The notes: generated by a model from the letters alone, not told the origin. A DNA stretch of 64,000 bases from Prosthecochloris vibrioformis (GCA_943367575.1 CALRJR020000009.1:2369-66368), one strand, 5' to 3'. Shown: positions 9,500-18,778, numbered from the stretch's first letter. Numbers and translations: made by a program.

Positions 9500-10843
9500 A
9501 TGAAGATTGAGCTTCGCGCGGCCTGTGCCGCCACCCTGTTCTGCGTCGCCCTGCCCGCTTCGGCCCAGGCGCTCAAAGTGGGCGCGGCCAAGGTGGACAT
9601 CACCCCCAAGGCGGCGGAAATGCCCAAGAACATGCTCGGCGTGCTCGATCCGCTCAACGTGCGCGCGATCGTGGTCGATGACGGCAAGACACGCGCGGCG
9701 ATGGTGACGGTCGATGCCGGCGCGATCATGACCGAGACTTGGGCCAATGTCGCCGCGCGGGTCGAGCGCGAGCTCAAGATCCCGACCAGCCAGCTGCTGC
9801 TGACCGCCAGCCATACGCACAGCGCGCCATGGATGCGTGGCCCGGCGTACGAGGCGCAGATTTTTGACGCGATCCGCAAGGCGGCGGCGGCGGCCAAGCC
9901 CGCGCGCATGGCCTATGGCACCGGTGTTTCCTACATCAACGTCAACCGCAACATCATCGACCCCGACAACCGCCGCTGGTGGGAAGGTCCGAATTATGAG
10001 GGCGTGTCGGACAAGACCGTCGCGGTGGTGCGCTTCGAGACGCTGGAGGGCGCGCCGATCGCGGTCTATTTCAACTATGGCGTGCATGCCGTGCTGACCG
10101 GCAATCTCGATCTGGTCAGCGCCGACCTGCCGGGTGCCGCGTCCAACTATATCGAGCAATCGCTGGGCGGTGACGCGGTCGCGGTCTATGGAAACGGCGC
10201 GGCGGGCGACCAGAACCCGATCTATTTCAACCAGACCTATGAACTGCGCGCGATCCGCACTGCGGACTATGCCAAGCGCGGTGAGGATATCAGCAACGCC
10301 ATGCCCCCCGGCGGGACCGGCATGGACCGCAGCAATCCGCGCGTCGCGATGCTGATGGAACAGCAGAAGCAGATGGTGAAATCGATGGGCCAGATGCTGG
10401 GCGAGGAGGTGCTGCACGTCAGCCGCGCCAGCCTGGAGCGTCCGGTCGCCGCCGCAACCATTCAGGGCGCGCAGACCAGCGTCACCTGCCCCGGCCGCAA
10501 GCGGCTGGACAAGGGCCGCGCAGGCTATCCCGGCACCTACGAGGACGCGGACCCGATCAGCATCCGACTGAGCCTGCTCAAGATCGGCGACACGGTGATC
10601 GGCGGCGTGGATGCAGAGGTGTTCACGACCATCGCCCAGCGCTTCAAGCGCGAATCGCCGTTCAAGCACACGATGATGACGACCATCACCAACGGCATGG
10701 CGCCGTCGGGCTATATCCCGAACGACGCGGCGTTCGCCTACAACACGTTCGAGGTCGTGTCGTCGCGACTGAAGCCGGGCTGCGCCGAAAGCGCGATCGT
10801 CAACGGGCTGCTCGACCTGATCGACAAGGTCGACGCGAAGTGA
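9500..10843 (+). CDS. exported hydrolase related to the neutral/alkaline (non-lysosomal) ceramidase N-terminal domain
   Basis: ORF 9446..10843. ATG 9500 gives a signal-like MKIELRAACAATLFCVALPASAQA. The blocks LKVGAAKVDITP and LLLTASHTHSAPW are typical of this family as I recall it. Confidence 0.72.
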   Translation: MKIELRAACAATLFCVALPASAQALKVGAAKVDITPKAAEMPKNMLGVLDPLNVRAIVVDDGKTRAAMVTVDAGAIMTETWANVAARVERELKIPTSQLLLTASHTHSAPWMRGPAYEAQIFDAIRKAAAAAKPARMAYGTGVSYINVNRNIIDPDNRRWWEGPNYEGVSDKTVAVVRFETLEGAPIAVYFNYGVHAVLTGNLDLVSADLPGAASNYIEQSLGGDAVAVYGNGAAGDQNPIYFNQTYELRAIRTADYAKRGEDISNAMPPGGTGMDRSNPRVAMLMEQQKQMVKSMGQMLGEEVLHVSRASLERPVAAATIQGAQTSVTCPGRKRLDKGRAGYPGTYEDADPISIRLSLLKIGDTVIGGVDAEVFTTIAQRFKRESPFKHTMMTTITNGMAPSGYIPNDAAFAYNTFEVVSSRLKPGCAESAIVNGLLDLIDKVDAK

Positions 10844-10864
10844 GGCGACGGGCCGCGTCGCCTC
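10842..10864. terminator. shared hairpin between convergent genes (GAGGCGACG / CGTCGCCTC)
   Basis: It has an 8-9 bp perfect GC-rich stem and a 5-nt loop, and it overlaps both stop codons (TGA 10841-10843 and TCA 10863-10865). There is no T tract. Confidence 0.4.
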
Positions 10865-11747
10865 AGCGCGACGCGGCCTGTGCCAGTGCGATGGCGCCGA
10901 GCGGGCCGGCGTCGCTGCCAAGACCTGCGGGCTGGATGATCTCGCACACCGCCACAGGGGTGAGGAAGGGTAGATAGCTCGCGAGTTGCGCGACGACGAT
11001 CTCGCGCACCCAGGGCAGGATGAAGGCGCGTGATAGTGCCACGCTTCCACCGAACAGGATGCGTCGCGCCGACGTCGTCAGCAGGATCGCGCAGCACAAT
11101 TCGGCGATATCGGCCGCGACATGGTGCCAGATAGGGTGGTCATCGGGTGCCGTGGCCGGGTCCATGCCGAAGCGTGCAGCGAGCGCTGGCCCCGACACCA
11201 GCCCCTCGATGCAATCGCCATGAAAGGGGCAGTTGCCGGCAAAGGCGTCACCCGGCACGCGCCGCAGCCGGAGATGGCCGATCTCCGGGTGCATCGCTCC
11301 GTGGACGGGCTGTCCGCCGATCAGCACTCCGCCGCCCAGCCCCGTGCCGATCGTCAGATAGCACAGGCTGTCGCAGCCGATCGCCGCGCCCCAGCGATAT
11401 TCGGCGAGCGCCGCGCCATTGACGTCGGTGTCGATCGCCATTGGGCAGGCCAGCCCCTCGCTCAGCAGCGCCGCGACCGGCGCGCCGGTCCAGCCGGGCT
11501 TGGGCGTCGCTAGGATTTGCCCGAACTTCGGATCACGCGGGTCGAGCTGGACCGGGCCGAAGCTGGCGATGCCGAGGCCCGCGAGCGGCGCGCTGGCCGC
11601 CCATCCGTCGAGGATCGCGCGCAATGCGGTCAGCGTCGCAACCGGCTCACCGGTCGCGATGCTGTGCCGTTCGACGATCGCATCGCCCTGCGCCAGCACC
11701 GCAATCGCCTTGGTCCCGCCCAGTTCGATCCCGGCATAGCGGTTCAT
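10863..11747 (-). CDS. ROK-family fructokinase
   Basis: It starts MNRYAGIELGGTKAI (N-terminal ATP-binding block) and has a Cys/His-rich CPFHGDCIEG region as in the ROK zinc site. ATG 11747 overlaps the GH68 stop (ATGA). Confidence 0.82.
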   Translation of the reverse strand: MNRYAGIELGGTKAIAVLAQGDAIVERHSIATGEPVATLTALRAILDGWAASAPLAGLGIASFGPVQLDPRDPKFGQILATPKPGWTGAPVAALLSEGLACPMAIDTDVNGAALAEYRWGAAIGCDSLCYLTIGTGLGGGVLIGGQPVHGAMHPEIGHLRLRRVPGDAFAGNCPFHGDCIEGLVSGPALAARFGMDPATAPDDHPIWHHVAADIAELCCAILLTTSARRILFGGSVALSRAFILPWVREIVVAQLASYLPFLTPVAVCEIIQPAGLGSDAGPLGAIALAQAASR

Positions 11748-12910
11748 CCATTCATCTCCAGCCCAGCCGCATCCCCCTGCAACCGCAAGCGCAACATCGG
11801 CGCGAAGGTGGCGCCGAAGCGGCGGGCATTCGCGTCGTTGCCATCACTCCCCCACGCGTCGATGAAACTCGTCACCTGAAGATCGGGCAGGACCAGCCAG
11901 CTATAGGCCTGTTTCGGCGCGGCGTCAGGGTTGGCGAACACCAGGCCGGTGCCGTTAAGCGGACGCCAGCCGCCATCGATCCGGTCGGAGACCATGCCGT
12001 ACAGCCCGGTCGGGCCGGTCGGACCGTCGGGATTGAAGACATGCCGTTGGGTCGACCAGAACAGATAATAGAGCCCGCCGTGCATCACGACGTGCGGCCG
12101 CTCCAGCTCATTGTTGAGCATATCCGCGCTGACCAGCGGCGGGCGGATGTCCCATTCCGCCAGCGTGTCATCGCGCGCGCTTGCCCAGCCGACGCAGCCG
12201 TTGAAGGCGGAGGCAGAGCCCGCGAGCGAGGCAGCGAAGAAGACATGATGCCGCCCGTCGTGCGGGTCGCGGAAATAGGCCGGGTCGCGGAAGGCCTTGA
12301 TCGTGCCGACCGCACCGCTGCCAGCATCGCTTGCCATGTAATGCGCGGGATCGCGGATCACGAATTCGCGCAGGTCACGCCAGTCGGTGAGGCGATAGCC
12401 GCCCTCGTCAGCCAGGGTCGCATCCGCGCGGAACAGGCGCTGCTCGAAGGTCAGCGCTGCCTCGCCGCGCCGTCCCGTGGCGGTAAAGAACAAGGTCAGC
12501 GTGCGGCGGTCGTCTGCAAGCAGCGCAGAGCCGGACCATTCGCGGCTGCCCGGCGCAAAGCCGTCGGGCATGGCCGGGCCGAGCGGGTGCCAGCCCGCAG
12601 CGTCGCGCAGGATCAGGTGGATGCGGGCATGGCCATGCCGCGTATCGGGGTCGGGAAAGCGCGGCGCGCCCAGCGCCATCCACAAAGTCTGCCCGTCGCG
12701 CAACGCGGAGGGCGTGCCATCCGCATCCTGCACCGGCCACGCGTCCCAGATGTCGAGATCCGGCGCGATGCGGAGCACATCATCGTCCAGGATCAGCGGC
12801 GCGCTGTCATGGCGAGATCCGGCGAGTGCACGGATCTGCGCGGGGGTCCAGGACGCCGTCGCCGCCTGCTCCGCCGCGACGATCGCCGGCGACTGTTCGA
12901 TCGCGCTCAT
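11744..12910 (-). CDS. glycoside hydrolase family 68 (levansucrase / sucrose hydrolase-like), no signal peptide
   Basis: ORF 11744..12973 opens with TTG, and I use ATG 12910 (MSAIEQ). The blocks IWDAWPVQDADG, REWSGSALL, FRDPAYFRDP, ELERPHVVMHGGLYYLF, TGPTGLYGMVS and QAYSWLVLPDLQVTSFID align block for block with Pseudomonas syringae Lsc as I recall it. Confidence 0.85.
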   Translation of the reverse strand: MSAIEQSPAIVAAEQAATASWTPAQIRALAGSRHDSAPLILDDDVLRIAPDLDIWDAWPVQDADGTPSALRDGQTLWMALGAPRFPDPDTRHGHARIHLILRDAAGWHPLGPAMPDGFAPGSREWSGSALLADDRRTLTLFFTATGRRGEAALTFEQRLFRADATLADEGGYRLTDWRDLREFVIRDPAHYMASDAGSGAVGTIKAFRDPAYFRDPHDGRHHVFFAASLAGSASAFNGCVGWASARDDTLAEWDIRPPLVSADMLNNELERPHVVMHGGLYYLFWSTQRHVFNPDGPTGPTGLYGMVSDRIDGGWRPLNGTGLVFANPDAAPKQAYSWLVLPDLQVTSFIDAWGSDGNDANARRFGATFAPMLRLRLQGDAAGLEMNG

Positions 12911-13052
12911 CGGGCGACCACTCCGACAGGCGCCAGCAGATCCGCGGCACATCCGGTCAGCCCATTTCGGCAATACGCATCAACTCGCCGGATCAATTCG
13001 CTCTTCCTTCCTCGGGCCTAGGCGACTTCCTTGCCGACTTCGCAAGGGTTTC

Positions 13053-13064
13053 GCAATCGATTGT
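13053..13064. promoter_or_regulatory. LacI-type operator palindrome, copy 2 (GCAATCGATTGT, 11/12)
   Basis: It lies in the divergent intergenic region between the GH68 gene (start 12910, minus) and the esterase gene (start 13137/13164, plus). Confidence 0.5.
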
Positions 13065-13163
13065 GAATACAGCTTGAAATCTGTCGCGCGACGCGCTTCT
13101 ATCAAAGTAGCCGGGAGCGCCGACGCGCCGCCCGGGATGGGAAGATGCACGGTGACGATTGAG

Positions 13164-14126
13164 ATGATGGGACGGCGCGGATTTCTGGTCGGGGCGACAG
13201 GCCTCGCGGTGCTTGGCGCAGCAGCGAGCAGTGCAGCGCAATTCCCCAAGCTCCCGCCGATGCCGCGCGCATGGATCGATGCCGAACAAATCCCGCTCTG
13301 GCCCAACGGCACCCCCGGCGGCGGCTACACCGCCCGCGCGGTCCCCGCCGACTGGCCCGACATCATGGTCCGCAACATCGAGAAGCCGATGCTGCGCGTG
13401 TTCCGTCCGGAGAAGTCGAACGGCCGCGCGTTGCTGTCGATCCCGGGCGGCGCCTACACCTTCGTGTCGATCCTCAACGAAGGCGTCGATGTCGCCCGCG
13501 CGATGACCGCGCGCGGCTACACGGTGTTCGTGCTCACCTATCGCCTGCCTGACGAAGGCTGGGCGAACCGCGAAGATGTGCCGCTGCAGGATGCGCAGCG
13601 CGCAATCCGCGTGATCCGCGCCAATGCCGGACGCTACGGGTTCGACCCGGCCAAGGTCGCGGCGGTCGGATTTTCCGCAGGCGGCCATCTCGGCGCGACG
13701 CTGGCGACCGGCTTTGCCGAGCCGGTCTATGCGCCCCGTGACGCGACCGACGCGCTCGATGCCCGGCCCGCGGCAATGGCGCTGATCTATCCCGTGATCA
13801 GCGTCACCGCGCCGGTGACGCATGGTGAGTCCGCAATGCGGCTGCTGGGCAATGCGCCCTCCGCCACCTTGATCGCGAAGCGCTCCCCGGCGCAGCATGT
13901 CAGCGCGCAAACGCCGCCCATTTTCCTCGTCCACGCGCTCGACGACAAAGCGGTTCCGGCCGAGAACAGCATGATCATGCTGCGCGCGCTGCAGGCCGCG
14001 AGCCGCCCGGTCGAGCTGCATCTGTTCGAAGCGGGCAATCACGGCTTTGGCGTCGGGCGGCCCGATACGCCGGCGGGGCAGTGGCCCGCTCTGTTCGCCG
14101 CCTGGCTCGACCGGCATCTGAGCTAG
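13164..14126 (+). CDS. exported (Tat-like signal) alpha/beta-hydrolase esterase, BD-FAE type
   Basis: It is the 3' part of ORF 12477..14126, with in-frame ATGs at 13137, 13164 and 13167. MMGRRGFLVGATGLAVLGAAASSAAQ is twin-arginine-like. It has the blocks IPGGAYTF, GFSAGGH, and DDKAVP...GNHGF. It is a paralogue of 4459..5376. Confidence 0.8.
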   Translation: MMGRRGFLVGATGLAVLGAAASSAAQFPKLPPMPRAWIDAEQIPLWPNGTPGGGYTARAVPADWPDIMVRNIEKPMLRVFRPEKSNGRALLSIPGGAYTFVSILNEGVDVARAMTARGYTVFVLTYRLPDEGWANREDVPLQDAQRAIRVIRANAGRYGFDPAKVAAVGFSAGGHLGATLATGFAEPVYAPRDATDALDARPAAMALIYPVISVTAPVTHGESAMRLLGNAPSATLIAKRSPAQHVSAQTPPIFLVHALDDKAVPAENSMIMLRALQAASRPVELHLFEAGNHGFGVGRPDTPAGQWPALFAAWLDRHLS

Positions 14127-15352
14127 GCGCGGTAATCGTCGGCGTCGCGCTGCGCGAGCAGCGCGGCGAACGGCGCGCGCGACTTGTTCCAGCCGCACAG
14201 CAGCGCCAGCAGCGTCGCGAATACGCCGCCGAGCAGGATCGCATAGCTGCTGTCCGCCAGCCATTCGCCCAGCGCGCCCATCGCCAGCGGCGCCAGCACG
14301 GCGCTAAGACAGGTGAAGAACAGGAGCAGTCCGGCGATCGACCCGTGCCGCCCCTTGTCGTAGCAGCTGATCCCAGTCGAATTGATCGTCGGATACAGCA
14401 CCGACATGAACAGCCCGGTGGCGGGCAGCGCGAAGATCGCGACCTCCCGCCCGCCCAGCACTGCGATCCAGAACAGCGCCGCCATCGCCGCGCTGCACAC
14501 GAAAATCACGCTCGCCCAGTCGAACCGCGAGAGCAGCCACACGCCCAGGAACCGCCCCACCGCGCGCAGCACGAATAAGATCGACACGACATAGGCCGCC
14601 AGCCACAGCCACGACCCCGAATACTCGGCCAGATAGGTCGGCGCCCAGACATAGATCGCCGCCTCTGCCCCGACATACAGCATCAGCGCGGTGCCAAAAA
14701 AGCGCGCGGGCGGATCGCCCGCCATGCGGATCGCCTCGCTCGCACGGACCGGTTCGGTGCGGGTGACGATCGGGCGCGGGAAGCGCGCCACCGCCGACCC
14801 CAGCACCAACAGCGCGCACAGCATCGCCGCGATGATATACACCCATTTCCAGCTCGCGCCCTGCGTCAGCATATAGGTGACGATCGCCGGCCCGATGATC
14901 GCGCCGACCCCGAAAAACCCCTCGATCAGGTTCATCGTCCGCGCATGCTCCCCGGTCGAGCGCGACAGGTCACCGATCAGCGCCAATGCGCCGGACTTGA
15001 AGATTCCGATGCCGATGCCGGAGACAAACAACAGGCTGGTGAAGAACAGGAAATCATGCCCGGCCGCGAACAGCGCCGAGCTGACGCCGAACAGGATCAG
15101 GCCGATCAGGATCGTCGCCTTGCGCCCGATCCGGTCGGCCAGGAAGCCGAGGGCGATCGCGGAGATGCCGATCCCGGCCATCGTCGCGTACTGGAACGAT
15201 CCACCGGCGGTCAGGCCCAGCTGAAACTCGCGGATCACTTCGGGAATGACCGTGCCGACCGAGTCCGTGGTCATCGCGAACATCGCGAACATCAGGAACA
15301 CCAGTGCCTTGAGCAGCGTCGCCGCGCCGTCCCGTCCCGCCTGATCGTTCAT
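14123..15352 (-). CDS. MFS sugar transporter (FucP/GluP-like subfamily)
   Basis: ORF 14123..15364 opens with TTG, while ATG 15352 has GGAGAG 4 nt upstream. It is multi-TM and carries the D-R-x-G-R-K loop motif LADRIGRK. Its stop shares the palindrome CTAG with the convergent esterase stop. Confidence 0.85.
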   Translation of the reverse strand: MNDQAGRDGAATLLKALVFLMFAMFAMTTDSVGTVIPEVIREFQLGLTAGGSFQYATMAGIGISAIALGFLADRIGRKATILIGLILFGVSSALFAAGHDFLFFTSLLFVSGIGIGIFKSGALALIGDLSRSTGEHARTMNLIEGFFGVGAIIGPAIVTYMLTQGASWKWVYIIAAMLCALLVLGSAVARFPRPIVTRTEPVRASEAIRMAGDPPARFFGTALMLYVGAEAAIYVWAPTYLAEYSGSWLWLAAYVVSILFVLRAVGRFLGVWLLSRFDWASVIFVCSAAMAALFWIAVLGGREVAIFALPATGLFMSVLYPTINSTGISCYDKGRHGSIAGLLLFFTCLSAVLAPLAMGALGEWLADSSYAILLGGVFATLLALLCGWNKSRAPFAALLAQRDADDYRA

Positions 15353-15393
15353 CCCGCTCTCCAATCAATCATCGTTCGCGCCGAGAGAACGGA

Positions 15394-15424
15394 AAGGGCG
15401 GGAGGCGCATAGCCCCCCGCCCTT
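15394..15424 (-). terminator. hairpin between the TBDR and the downstream MFS gene (AAGGGCGGG ... CCCGCCCTT)
   Basis: It has a perfect 9-bp stem and a 13-nt loop. On the sense (minus) strand it is followed by TTCCGTTCTCTC, a weak U tract. Confidence 0.4.
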
Positions 15425-15443
15425 CCCGCATGTCCGATTCCGG

Positions 15444-17540
15444 TCAGGGCGTGACCCGGAAACGAAGGCCGATCGTGCGCGGGGTCGGACCCGATCCCGA
15501 CAACGGGCCATTGGTGCCGACAAAGGTCGGCCCACGCTCGTCCGTCAGGTTGTTGCCGATCAGGGCCAGCTCGTAATCGCCGTATCGCACGCCCAGGGTC
15601 AGGGCCATCACGTTGTAGGACGGCGCGGTGATACCGTTGCCCTGCAAGCGATCACCGCTGTGGCTAAGCGACAGGTTGCCGAACAGGTTCACGCCGCTCG
15701 CGATCTCGCCATTATAACCCGCATCGACGCGGAAGTTGTTCGACAGCGTGTTGGTTAGGCGCGCGCCGGGCCGCAACAGCGGCTGCGCCGCCGCGACGAT
15801 CGGATTGACGCGGGTATATTTGCTGTCGTTGAAGTTGCCGACAAAGCCCAGGTTGAACCCCTTGAGCGGGGTATTCCAACGCAGTTCGAGATCGACGCCC
15901 TTGGTCTTCGCGTCACCGAAATTGGCAAAGCCATTGACGTTGGCAATCGACCCGGTGACCGATGTCTGCAGGTTGGTATATTCGAGCTGATAGAGGTTGA
16001 GGCCGATATTCACCGACCGGTCGGCGCTACGCCATTTGACGCCAAACTCGTAGTTGGTCGACGATTCCGGCTCGAGCGTCACGCCCGTCGGCACGCCCGC
16101 GCCAGTCACCGACTGAACCTGCACCCGCGACTGCACGATGCCGGGACGGAAGCCGGTCGCCGCCGAGATGAACATCGTCAGATCGTCGGTCGGCAGATAG
16201 GACAGGTTGACGCGCCAGGTGGTCACGTCCTTCGTGGTCGGGAGCGTCTCGGTCGCGTCGGCAAAGGCGCGATCGTCATGATATTGGCGCAATCCCACCA
16301 GCGGGACCAGCTTGCCGTCGAACAGTTCGTAGCTGACCTCGCCGAAGAACGCGTAATTCTCCGTCAGCGTGTCATTGTCGGCGTTGATGAGGACCCCCGG
16401 AAGGGTCAGCGTATTCTCCTGCGGGCCCGACCCGTTCTGGTAGGACGCACCGACCAGCCATTTGAACGGCCCGCTGCCGTTTGAATTCAAACGCAATTCC
16501 TGAGCGAACATGCTCGGCAGGAACTGGCTCGAGAAGGAGCCGGCGGGCGAAAGCGGGATGTTGATCCCGAATACGCCGTCGAGCTGGCTGGTCGCGCTGG
16601 TGATCGAGAAGGCGTCGAAATCCACCGTTGCGGTCAGGCTATACAGCGTGAAGTCGCCGTTCGAGAAGCCGTCCTGCCCGGCGGTGTTCTGGAAATAGGG
16701 CGGATTGACCGATGCGGTGAAGCCGGTGAAGCCCTGACGCGGGCGGAACTTCCAATATTGCGCGCGGATGTTGACGTTGTCGGCCGGGCGGAACAGCGCG
16801 ACGACGCGGATATCGTCATTCTTGGCTACGTTGACGCCGGTCTCGTCGGGGGTGCCGTCGAACGCACCATAATAGGCATCGGCCCAGCCCGCATCGCGGG
16901 AGAAGCCGCCGCTGACGCGCACCGCCAGCATGTCCTTGACGATCGGCACGGAGATCGCGCCGGCCACGCCATAGTTGAGGCCGTCCGCGCCGCGGGTCTG
17001 CGATGCCTCCGCCTCGAACGCATAGTCGAAATCCTTGAGGTTCGGATCGCGCGTGCGGAAGATGAATACGCCGCCCGACGAGCCCTGCCCATAGAGCGTG
17101 CCCTGCGGCCCGCGCAGCACTTCGACGCGGTCGATGTCGAGGAAGCGCACCGGCGGCGCGATGCCGAAATTGGTGACGATGAACGGCGCATCGTCGAGAT
17201 AATAGCCGATCGGCGAGTCGCCATTCTGCGTCACGCTGCCGCGCAGATTGTAGAAGCGTGAACCGTTGGACTGGCGGAACCCCTCAAACGCGCCCGGCAC
17301 GCTCGATACCAGGTCGCCGATCGTGCTGATATTGCGTTCCTTCAGCTCCTCGCCGTCGAACGCCTGGATGGCGAGAGGCACTTCCTGCAGCGCCTGCGCG
17401 CCGCCCTTTTGCGCGGTCACGACGACCTCATCGGTCGCGGATTCCTGCGCGGTGGTGGCTTCGCTCTGCGCAAATGCCGGGGCCGCCCCCAGACCACTAA
17501 CGACCGCAATGGCCGCGACTGACGTACAGAAACGCTTCAT
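15444..17540 (-). CDS. TonB-dependent receptor
   Basis: It is 698 aa. MKRFCTSVAAIAVVSGLGAAPAFA is signal-like and DEVVVTAQK is TonB-box-like. It has plug blocks (IEVLRGPQGTLYGQGSSGG) and a long beta-barrel-type sequence. Confidence 0.92.
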   Translation of the reverse strand: MKRFCTSVAAIAVVSGLGAAPAFAQSEATTAQESATDEVVVTAQKGGAQALQEVPLAIQAFDGEELKERNISTIGDLVSSVPGAFEGFRQSNGSRFYNLRGSVTQNGDSPIGYYLDDAPFIVTNFGIAPPVRFLDIDRVEVLRGPQGTLYGQGSSGGVFIFRTRDPNLKDFDYAFEAEASQTRGADGLNYGVAGAISVPIVKDMLAVRVSGGFSRDAGWADAYYGAFDGTPDETGVNVAKNDDIRVVALFRPADNVNIRAQYWKFRPRQGFTGFTASVNPPYFQNTAGQDGFSNGDFTLYSLTATVDFDAFSITSATSQLDGVFGINIPLSPAGSFSSQFLPSMFAQELRLNSNGSGPFKWLVGASYQNGSGPQENTLTLPGVLINADNDTLTENYAFFGEVSYELFDGKLVPLVGLRQYHDDRAFADATETLPTTKDVTTWRVNLSYLPTDDLTMFISAATGFRPGIVQSRVQVQSVTGAGVPTGVTLEPESSTNYEFGVKWRSADRSVNIGLNLYQLEYTNLQTSVTGSIANVNGFANFGDAKTKGVDLELRWNTPLKGFNLGFVGNFNDSKYTRVNPIVAAAQPLLRPGARLTNTLSNNFRVDAGYNGEIASGVNLFGNLSLSHSGDRLQGNGITAPSYNVMALTLGVRYGDYELALIGNNLTDERGPTFVGTNGPLSGSGPTPRTIGLRFRVTP

Positions 17541-17561
17541 TGTCCTCTCCCCGGATTTTTT

Positions 17562-17573
17562 TCAATCGATTGC
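17562..17573. promoter_or_regulatory. LacI-type operator palindrome, copy 3 (TCAATCGATTGC, 11/12)
   Basis: It is 22 nt upstream of the TBDR ATG (17540) and immediately downstream of the predicted -10 element. Confidence 0.55.
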
Positions 17574-17580
17574 ATAAATT

Positions 17581-17609
17581 GGCATAAATGGGCCGAAATC
17601 CATCGTCAA
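17581..17609 (-). promoter_or_regulatory. sigma70-like promoter for the TBDR (-35 TTGACG, 17-nt spacer, -10 TATGCC)
   Basis: The reverse complement reads ttcTTGACGatggatttcggcccattTATGCCaatttatgCAATCGATTGa. A second TATGCA lies 10 nt further downstream. Confidence 0.45.
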
Positions 17610-17643
17610 GAATCGCCCCGACCCCAGGCGATACCGACGCCCC

Positions 17644-18729
17644 TTATTGCGATGGACGCGCAAAGGCGCGGCGCAGCGCCTCGATCCTCGCGCGCGTGAA
17701 CTGCTTGGCTTGCGGCGAGTCCGCCGACAACTGATCGAACCCATGATAGGCGCCGGGAATGACCTGCAACTCGGTCGGCACCCCTGCTTCGTTCAACCGC
17801 CGGGCATAGTCGATATCCTCGCTGACGAAGAGATCGACCCCGCCAACCTGAATGAAGGCAGGCGGCAACCCGGCCAGGTTCGGCGTCCGGGCCGGCACGG
17901 CGCGCGCGGGCACCTTATCGGTGCCGGGTGCCTGCCCCAGAAACGCCTTCCAGCCATATTGGTTTTCGGACGCGCTCCACCCGACCGTGGCGATATGGCC
18001 GGGCAGCTTCACCGCGCCGCCGGTGCGATCGTCGAGCATCGGATAGACCAGGGCCTGAAACGCGATCGGGATTTCGCCGCGGTCGCGCGCGGTGATCGCC
18101 AGCAGTGCGGCATGCCCGCCGCCCGCGCTCTCGCCCGTCACCGCGATGCGGCTGCGGTCGAGACCCAGCTCCGCCGCGCTCTGATACATCCAGCGCAGCC
18201 CGGCATAATTGTCCTCGATCGATCCCTCGAACGTCGTCTCCGGCGCCAGGCGGTATTCGACGCTGACGATCACCGCATCGAGCTCGCGCGCCATCTCCTG
18301 CAGGCGGCGCACATCGGTTGCCGCGGTGCCGAGGATATAGCCACCGCCATGGGTGTGGAGGATGCCGGGACGACTGGTTCCCGCCTTGGCGTTGATGACG
18401 AACAGCTTGACCTGCGGCGCGCCGGCCGGGCCGGGGATCATCTTCTCCACCACCGGGATATCGGCGTGGCGCGGAGGCACCGGCGGCCCGCCGCCGCGCT
18501 TGCGCGACGCGAGCACCATCGCTTCGTCGATGGTCCCCATCATCTTCGAAAAGCCGATCGCCATGCGTGCGCCCGCACGCAGTTCCGGCGCGATCGGGGT
18601 CAGCTTCGCCTCGTCCTCGGCGGTCAGTTGTGGTGGCGGAGGCGGACCCTGCTGCGCCAAGGCAGCAACGGGAACGGTCGCGACGCTGAGCAAAGCGGCT
18701 CCACAGACGATGGAAATCCTCGCGCGCAT
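17644..18729 (-). CDS. exported alpha/beta-hydrolase carboxylesterase, family IV (HSL-like)
   Basis: ORF 17644..18732 opens with GTG, while ATG 18729 has GGGAGAG 4 nt upstream. MRARISIVCGAALLSVATVPVAALA is signal-like. It has the HGGG-type oxyanion block HTHGGGYILG and the nucleophile elbow GESAGG. Confidence 0.88.
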   Translation of the reverse strand: MRARISIVCGAALLSVATVPVAALAQQGPPPPPQLTAEDEAKLTPIAPELRAGARMAIGFSKMMGTIDEAMVLASRKRGGGPPVPPRHADIPVVEKMIPGPAGAPQVKLFVINAKAGTSRPGILHTHGGGYILGTAATDVRRLQEMARELDAVIVSVEYRLAPETTFEGSIEDNYAGLRWMYQSAAELGLDRSRIAVTGESAGGGHAALLAITARDRGEIPIAFQALVYPMLDDRTGGAVKLPGHIATVGWSASENQYGWKAFLGQAPGTDKVPARAVPARTPNLAGLPPAFIQVGGVDLFVSEDIDYARRLNEAGVPTELQVIPGAYHGFDQLSADSPQAKQFTRARIEALRRAFARPSQ

Positions 18730-18778
18730 CACACTCTCCCAACCACTTATCGTTCGGACTCGGGTCCGTTATGGCGAC

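Noticed and set aside
9341-11050. 569-aa minus-strand ORF
   Set aside because: It is antisense to the ceramidase-like gene and runs into the fructokinase region. Its composition (R, A, G, D, H runs) is typical of antisense frames in high-GC DNA, and I recognise no motif in it.
12477-13163. N-terminal 220-230 codons of the 549-aa ORF 12477..14126
   Set aside because: This part is antisense to the GH68 gene and crosses the divergent promoter and operator region. The esterase homology and a Tat-like signal begin only at 13137-13167.
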